64,000 nt of DNA from positions 2,112,001 through 2,176,000 of the forward strand of contig CAVUDW010000003.1 in NCBI GenBank assembly GCA_963740355.1. The letters run 5' to 3'. The notes beneath the pieces were generated by a model. It searched no databases, was not told the DNA's origin, and saw only the letters and a program-made list of their open reading frames with translations. The stretch's first letter is position 1. The number at the start of each line of letters is the position of its first letter. The translations under genes and the position numbers were made by a program. This DNA is from an uncultured Gemmatimonadaceae bacterium (GTDB lineage Bacteria > Gemmatimonadota > Gemmatimonadetes > Gemmatimonadales > Gemmatimonadaceae). Shown here piece by piece: positions 58,134 through 64,000 of the stretch.

Positions 58134-59444
58134 ATGCCCGTTTCCACCAGCTCATCCGACTGGCGCACTCGCGCCGTCGCCGCACACGACGCCGTCTCCC
58201 GCATCAAGTCCGGCGACAAGGTCTTCGTCCACGGCGCCTGCGCGACACCAACACCGCTGCTCGAGGCACTGGCGGCGCGCACCGATCTCGAAGGCGTGCA
58301 GCTCTACCACATGCACCTCGAAGGGCCAGCGCCCTTCGTCCTCCCCGAACAGCTGGGTCGCATCAGGTCGAACTCGCTCTTCGCGGGCGCGAATGTACGG
58401 GCAGCGATTGGCGAGGGTCGCGCGGACTTCATTCCCGTCTTCCTCAGCGACATCCCGTCGCTGTTCGCCGATCGTGTGATCGACCTCGATGTCGCGATCG
58501 TGCAGCTGTCGGTGCCCGACGCCCACGGCAACTGCACCCTCGGCCCCTCCGTCGACACGGCACTCGCGGCCAGCCTGCACGCCCGCACGGTGATTGCGGA
58601 GATCAACCAGCAGATGCCGCGCACCGTCGGCAACACCGCCGTGCCACTGCGGCGCGTGGACGCCTGGATGGCCTCCGACCGCCCGCTCCACACCCATGCG
58701 CAGTCCGCCGGAAGCGAGGTCGAAGACCGTATCGGCGAGATCATCGCCGCCCTCGTCGAGGATGGCTCGACCCTGCAGGTGGGCATCGGCGGAATCCCCG
58801 ACGCGGTGCTGGCCCGCCTCGGCAACAAGATCGGGTTGGGCGTGCACACCGAGATGTTCTCCGATGGCCTCATCCCACTCCTCGACAACGGCGTGGTGAC
58901 GAATGAGCACAAGGTCGTGCATCGCGGTCGGACGGTCACGAGCTTCGTCAACGGTTCGCGTGCACTGCTCGACTTCGTCGACGACAATCTGGCGATCGAG
59001 TTCCATCCCTGTGATCGGACCAACGACGCAAGCCTGATCCGCGAGAACCCGAAGGTGATCGCGATCAACTCGGCGATCGAGGTCGACCTCACCGGCCAGG
59101 TCTCTGCCGACTCCATCGGCCACCGGATCTACAGTGGCATTGGCGGTCAGATGGACTTCATCCGTGGCGCAGCGCTGTCGAAGGGCGGGAAGCCGATCAT
59201 CGCCTTGCCGTCGATGGCCGCCGGCGGCACCGTCTCCCGCATCACGCATGAGTTGAAGGGCGGCGCCGGCGTCGTCACGACGCGGGGCCACGTGCATTGG
59301 GTCGTGACCGAATACGGCGCCGTGAACCTGCATGGCCGGTCACTGCGCGAGCGTGCGGAGTTGCTGATTTCGATCGCCCATCCTGACGTGCGGGCTGAAC
59401 TGACCCGCCAGGTCCGCGCCACGCGCCACTTCATCATGCCGTAA
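58134..59444 (+). CDS. Acetyl-CoA hydrolase/transferase (4-hydroxybutyrate CoA-transferase-like)
   Basis: LQVGIGGIP, GVHTEMFSDG, SGIGGQMDF, VVTEYG. Confidence 0.92.
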   Translation: MPVSTSSSDWRTRAVAAHDAVSRIKSGDKVFVHGACATPTPLLEALAARTDLEGVQLYHMHLEGPAPFVLPEQLGRIRSNSLFAGANVRAAIGEGRADFIPVFLSDIPSLFADRVIDLDVAIVQLSVPDAHGNCTLGPSVDTALAASLHARTVIAEINQQMPRTVGNTAVPLRRVDAWMASDRPLHTHAQSAGSEVEDRIGEIIAALVEDGSTLQVGIGGIPDAVLARLGNKIGLGVHTEMFSDGLIPLLDNGVVTNEHKVVHRGRTVTSFVNGSRALLDFVDDNLAIEFHPCDRTNDASLIRENPKVIAINSAIEVDLTGQVSADSIGHRIYSGIGGQMDFIRGAALSKGGKPIIALPSMAAGGTVSRITHELKGGAGVVTTRGHVHWVVTEYGAVNLHGRSLRERAELLISIAHPDVRAELTRQVRATRHFIMP

Positions 59445-59498
59445 GTGTCACGACGCAGAAAGCTGCGCCCGATGCCCTGCCCCCGTTAGTCTACAGGC

Positions 59499-60248
59499 AT
59501 GACACCCTGGGTTACCCGGCTCCTGATTGCCAACGTCATCGTCTACCTGCTCCAGATCACGTTCCCCGTGCTCTCGAGCGAACTCGCCTTCGTCCCAGCG
59601 CTGTTGTTGCAGCGGCCGTGGACGCTGCTGACGTACATGTTCGCGCACGGCAGCGTTTCGCACATCGCGTTCAACATGCTGGCCCTCTACATCTTCGGTC
59701 CTCGGGTCGAGACACGACTTGGCGGCACGACGTTTTTCCGGATGTACATGATTGCCGGAATCACCGGCGGCCTGCTGTCGCTGCTCTTCACGCCGTATGC
59801 ACCGATCATCGGTGCCTCGGGCGCGATCTTTGGAGTCCAGCTGGGTTTCGCGAAGTTCTTCCCACGCGATCGGATCTACATCTGGGGCGTGGTGCCGGTG
59901 GAGGCCCGCGTGCTGGTGGTGATCATGACCGCGATCTCGATCTTCGGCGGGCTGTCGGGCGGCGGCAACACGGCCCACTTCGCGCACCTCGGCGGCTACG
60001 TCGGTGCGTGGATCTATCTCAAGATTGCCGAGCGATTCACGCCATCGAAGCAGTGGGAAGCGAAACTCGCCGGACCGCCGCCAAACGCCATTCCAATGGG
60101 CGATTGGCGGCAAGTCGACCTCGCCACGGTCAATCAGTACAACCGTGACGAAGTGAAGCGCATCCTCGACAAGATCACTGCCACGGGCGAGGGCAGCCTC
60201 ACCAGCCAGGAACGTGTCTTCCTCGGCCACTTCACACCGAAGGTGTAG
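59499..60248 (+). CDS. Rhomboid intramembrane serine protease with C-terminal soluble tail
   Basis: MFAHG...HIAFNM, GASG, AHLGG; tail VKRILDKI...SLT.QERVFL. Confidence 0.92.
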   Translation: MTPWVTRLLIANVIVYLLQITFPVLSSELAFVPALLLQRPWTLLTYMFAHGSVSHIAFNMLALYIFGPRVETRLGGTTFFRMYMIAGITGGLLSLLFTPYAPIIGASGAIFGVQLGFAKFFPRDRIYIWGVVPVEARVLVVIMTAISIFGGLSGGGNTAHFAHLGGYVGAWIYLKIAERFTPSKQWEAKLAGPPPNAIPMGDWRQVDLATVNQYNRDEVKRILDKITATGEGSLTSQERVFLGHFTPKV

Positions 60249-60258
60249 CCTCGAACGG

Positions 60259-61092
60259 CTACGCCCGCGTCGCGATCACTTCGAGATATTCACCCAGCAG
60301 TGCGGTACCGCCGTCGATGGCGGTGTTGTGCGATGACCAGAGCTCGACCAGGTCCGCACGCAGCGCCGCCTGCTTTTCGGGGTCGAGGGCCGCGAACGCG
60401 CGATTGGTCGGCCCGTAGAATTCGCGGAAGAACTCCACCACATCGGCCGGTGGGAACGGATAGCGGAACGGGTACATCCGCTTCGTGATCTGGAGGTTGG
60501 TGACGCCGTCACGGAATCGGTCGCGCACGGTCGCCTCGTCGCCCCACAGCACTGGGGATGTCATGCCGGCCGGCGGTGGCACATGCTTGCCGTTGAGCTT
60601 GAACATCTGGCCGATGAAGCCACTCGGCGTCCAGTTGCCCATCACGATGCGACCGCCCGGACGGCAGGCGCGCTTGAGTTCATCTGCGACGAGGTTCGGC
60701 TGTGGAGCGAACATCGCACCGATGAGGCTGAAGACCAGGTCATACGAGGCATCAGGCACATCGAGACTCTCGGCGTCACCTTCGCGGAAGTCGATCGTGA
60801 TCCCTTCCTTCGCCGCACGCGCCTTGGCCTGATCGATGAGGTTCGACGCGATGTCGATGCCCGTGACGATCGCCCCGCTACGCGCAGCGGGGAAGGAGAG
60901 CTGGCCTGCACCGCAGGCCACGTCGAGGACTCGCTCACCAGCGGTGATGCCAAGGCGTGGATAGAACTCCATCGCACCGGCTTCCATGAAGGTGGCGAAG
61001 TGACCGTAGTCGCCCGCCATCCACATCGTCTTCAGCCGGCTCTTGAGGGCATCCATTTCGGGGGTATTCGCGGTCGTCAACACGGTCGTCAT
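60259..61092 (-). CDS. Class I SAM-dependent methyltransferase
   Basis: [34 protein letters not shown]. Confidence 0.9.
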   Translation of the reverse strand: MTTVLTTANTPEMDALKSRLKTMWMAGDYGHFATFMEAGAMEFYPRLGITAGERVLDVACGAGQLSFPAARSGAIVTGIDIASNLIDQAKARAAKEGITIDFREGDAESLDVPDASYDLVFSLIGAMFAPQPNLVADELKRACRPGGRIVMGNWTPSGFIGQMFKLNGKHVPPPAGMTSPVLWGDEATVRDRFRDGVTNLQITKRMYPFRYPFPPADVVEFFREFYGPTNRAFAALDPEKQAALRADLVELWSSHNTAIDGGTALLGEYLEVIATRA

Positions 61093-61179
61093 GACAGTCT
61101 CCTGATCAGGTCTTGATGCCGCCGCGTCGAGCCGGCGGTGCGAGTGACAGGAGAATGGCGCTTGGCAAACCTGCGCAAA

Positions 61180-61218
61180 CCGTGGAGACTACGGGGATAT
61201 TCAGGTCGCCTACGGGGA
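61180..61218. promoter_or_regulatory. Tandem boxes, probable LuxR-type operator for the methyltransferase
   Basis: CTACGGGGA at 61189 and 61210 (21-bp spacing); the first lies in the imperfect palindrome CCGTGGAGACTACGG. Confidence 0.5.
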
Positions 61219-61236
61219 CGAGACCGACCCGCGGTG

Positions 61237-63999
61237 TCAGCGCCTCGCTTTGGCCTGAGCGGGTTCAGCTGGCGCCAGGCCCTGCTCCACGGCCCAGATC
61301 GCGATCTGCGCACGAGACGTCGCGCCAAGCTTCGCGAGTGCACCCGCGACATATCCCTCGACGGTGCGCTCGCCGATCCCGAGCACGCGCGCGATCTCGC
61401 GATTGGACTTCCCTGCCGCGATCAGCGCCGCCGTGTCGCGCTCACGCTGCGTCAGCCCGGCGTAGGCGGCCTTGGCTTGCTGTTTCGACGTCTTGGTCGG
61501 TGGCGGCGGCGCCAGGACATCGACTCGAGCCCGAAAGCTCGACTGGAGCGCAGCATCGTCGAGCGTTTCACACAACGCATCTGCGATCCCGCGTGCACTG
61601 TCGAATGCCAATCGCGCGTCGACCCGGCGGCGCTGGCCGAGCATCACCTGGCCGAGTTGTGCGTCGATGCGGAGCAGCAACGGCAGGGCTGATTGCGCTT
61701 CTGCCTCTGCTCGCGCGTCGGCGAGCGCCGCGACGGCATCGTCCCACCGCTGCAACGCGGTCAACGCTCGCGCCCGAAGCAATCCGGCGGCAGGCGTCGA
61801 CACCGTGTCTGCCACGGTCACAAGTCCCAGCGCCGCCGCGGCCCCACCGGCGCCCAGCGCAACTTCAGCGCGAGCAAGGACTACATACCTCGCACCAACC
61901 GTCTGCGCGGCGTGGCTCGATCCCGATGCCGTCGACGCACTGACGATGCGCTCGATTTCGTCGAGCACGATCGTCGCCTGTGCCCCCTTGCCGCTCCGCG
62001 CCAGCGCAATGGCATACGGCGCACCCGTCCAGCGCGTCCACGTCGCGGAACCAAGCCGGCGCGCGATGTCGAATGCCGCATCGAGCTGCAGGAGTGCCTC
62101 GATGGTGTCGCCTAGCTCGAGCGCAATCATCCCCAACACACGCCGCGCACCGCACTGCCACTCGCGGTGCTCCAACTCCTCGGCAATCGCCAACGACTCG
62201 CGCGCCAGTCGACGGCCACGAGAAAACTCCCCCCGCCAGGCAACGCAGTCTGCCACCAGGTACCGCGCGAACGCCTCGCCTGCTCGCCAGCCGATGTCAC
62301 TCGCATGCCGAATGGCGCGTTCCTCGGTGAACATCTCGGCCGCATACTTGCTGCTGCACACCGGCCCCGCCGACGCATGATAGCTCGGGCCACACACGCC
62401 GAGCACGGCCAACGCATTGGCCAGGCCGCGGCGATCTTCTAGCGCTGCAAAGAGCGGAATCGAACGTTCGTAGAGCTCCACAGCGGTGTGCTGCGCACCA
62501 GCGATGTGGTGCGCCATCGCCAGCAGGTCGACCGTCTCGACCACGCCGCGCTCATCCCGCTCGCGTTCGAAGATCTGCAGCGCCTCGTCGTGATGGGGAA
62601 TCCCCGACTGCGGGTCCTCACGATTCACGTACCAGTTTCCGATGCGATTGAGGCTGCGCGCAATCAGCGACGGGTTCTCCAGTTCACGAGCCAGCGCCAG
62701 CGCCTCTCGCCGGTACTGCCCCGCGCGCTCGTAGTCACGCGCAGCCCAGAGCATCCCAAGCGCATGCACCGCAACCCAGGCCGAGCGGCGATCGCCACTC
62801 TCCTCTGCGGCCGCGAGCGCCGATGTGAAGTCCTCGTGGGCCTGGCTGAATGCACCGAGTGTTTCGTGCGCGCGACCACGAGCCGCGAACAGCCCCGCGT
62901 CCGGTCGCAGCCCCGCCCGTTCCGTCGCGATCACCGCACGATCGAACTGCTGGAGTGCCTCGCGCGGCGCACAGAGCGTCCAGGCGTTGTCAGCGGCCCG
63001 TCGCGCGTGGAGCCGTGCGGCCTCCCATGCACCACACTCGAAGGTGTGGTAGGCCAGCGCGTCCTCGAGCTCGAGCGCTCCCGCGTCATGCTGCGCCTGC
63101 AGGGCGGCAGCAATCGACTTGTGCAGCGCCAGTCGTTCCCGCGTCAGCAACTGCGTACGCATGCTCTCTCGCGTCAGCGCGTGACGAAAGGCAAACCGAT
63201 CGGCGGATTCCTCGACCACCAGCTGCGCGTCGATCAACTCCTTGACCAGCGACAGCAGCGTGGACTCTTCGTGTTGCGTGAGTGCCTGCAACAGCTGGAA
63301 GTCGAATCGTCGGCCCGCCACCGCAGCCACCGAGGCAACGCGACGGGCCGCATCGCTCAATCCGGCCAATCGTCGCCCCACCGCCTCGGTGGCCGTCCGC
63401 GGCACACGCACCTGCTCGAGCGGCCGCGCACGCCACACACCATCCACCTGTGCGATGTCGCCGGAGACCAGCAACGACTTCAGCATCTCCTCGACGAAGA
63501 ACGGGTTCCCCTCGGTAAAGCCGTGCAAGCCATTCACGAAGGCCGCCTCCAGCGTCACCTGCGATCCGAAGATTGCCCCCAGCATCGCTGACACTTCGAT
63601 CGCGCTCAGAGGATGGAGCGCGATGTCCGACGCGCAGCGGGCACGATCGAGATCGGCCACCAGCTTGGTCAGGCGCGGCCCGACTTCGTCACTGCGGAAG
63701 GTGAGCACGAGCGCCACCGGCTGTGCTGCCATGCGTCGCGCGAGGTGGAGGAGCAGGTCAAGCGTTGCGTCGTCACTCCAGTGCACATCCTCGATCACCA
63801 GCAGCAGCGGTTGCACTCGCGCCAGCGCGTGTACGGAATCGGTGAATGACTGAAAGAGTCGCCGCCGATCCTCCTCCGGACCGAGGGCGGCGCGCGGCGC
63901 GGTGTCGACGAAGATCGATTGCAGTTCCGGAAACAGCGTGACCAGGTCTGCGGCCGCGGGGGCGAAGTAGTGTGCCGCGAGCGACGGCGAGGCGATCGA
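61237..63999 (-). CDS. Large AAA-ATPase/TPR/LuxR-HTH transcriptional regulator, 5' end outside the window
   Basis: Frame open to the window edge; Walker B-like LVIEDVHWSD, TEGNPFFVEE, FRHAL, TPR helices, C-terminal LTQRE...GKSNREIA...TVEGYV. Confidence 0.9.
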   Translation of the reverse strand, partial: SIASPSLAAHYFAPAAADLVTLFPELQSIFVDTAPRAALGPEEDRRRLFQSFTDSVHALARVQPLLLVIEDVHWSDDATLDLLLHLARRMAAQPVALVLTFRSDEVGPRLTKLVADLDRARCASDIALHPLSAIEVSAMLGAIFGSQVTLEAAFVNGLHGFTEGNPFFVEEMLKSLLVSGDIAQVDGVWRARPLEQVRVPRTATEAVGRRLAGLSDAARRVASVAAVAGRRFDFQLLQALTQHEESTLLSLVKELIDAQLVVEESADRFAFRHALTRESMRTQLLTRERLALHKSIAAALQAQHDAGALELEDALAYHTFECGAWEAARLHARRAADNAWTLCAPREALQQFDRAVIATERAGLRPDAGLFAARGRAHETLGAFSQAHEDFTSALAAAEESGDRRSAWVAVHALGMLWAARDYERAGQYRREALALARELENPSLIARSLNRIGNWYVNREDPQSGIPHHDEALQIFERERDERGVVETVDLLAMAHHIAGAQHTAVELYERSIPLFAALEDRRGLANALAVLGVCGPSYHASAGPVCSSKYAAEMFTEERAIRHASDIGWRAGEAFARYLVADCVAWRGEFSRGRRLARESLAIAEELEHREWQCGARRVLGMIALELGDTIEALLQLDAAFDIARRLGSATWTRWTGAPYAIALARSGKGAQATIVLDEIERIVSASTASGSSHAAQTVGARYVVLARAEVALGAGGAAAALGLVTVADTVSTPAAGLLRARALTALQRWDDAVAALADARAEAEAQSALPLLLRIDAQLGQVMLGQRRRVDARLAFDSARGIADALCETLDDAALQSSFRARVDVLAPPPPTKTSKQQAKAAYAGLTQRERDTAALIAAGKSNREIARVLGIGERTVEGYVAGALAKLGATSRAQIAIWAVEQGLAPAEPAQAKARR

Positions 64000-64000
64000 T

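Noticed and set aside
61237..63999. Avs/STAND antiphage NTPase
   Set aside because: The C-terminal LuxR HTH indicates a transcriptional regulator; no effector domain is visible, although the N-terminus is outside the window.

Overview
GC-rich bacterial chromosomal segment. Gene content and style suggest a Gemmatimonadota-like organism (inference). About 50 protein-coding genes are supported; I recognised no rRNA, tRNA, CRISPR-Cas, prophage or transposase. In order: 5' part of prpE; a TolC-MFP-RND efflux operon; a PAS hybrid kinase; exported hypothetical proteins, an exported MsrA and a lipoprotein serpin; a TetR-led TolC/HlyD/ABC exporter operon; a PQQ dehydrogenase-cytochrome c fusion; an MFS pump; acetamidase plus IorAB-type molybdoenzyme; glycan-use genes (DUF1080, two Tat Gfo/Idh/MocA enzymes, GH130, a frameshifted GH127-like gene, a Tat GH-like protein); a soluble PAS chemoreceptor; cax, OmpA, mgtA, a CoA-transferase, rhomboid, a methyltransferase and a truncated AAA-TPR-LuxR regulator. 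Top observations: (1) a kinase-associated-type ECF sigma factor followed not by a kinase but by an 80-aa protein resembling only the N-terminal helical module of such kinases, then an alpha/beta hydrolase, with the same bipartite motif (TGTCG-N18-CGATC) upstream of both downstream genes; (2) a ~400-bp non-coding array of 75-bp units with a 25-bp palindromic core, ending in an inverted core (REP/REPIN/BIME-like); (3) a second structured intergenic repeat region at 28.6-28.9 kb. Family assignments come from motif recognition by eye, not database searches.
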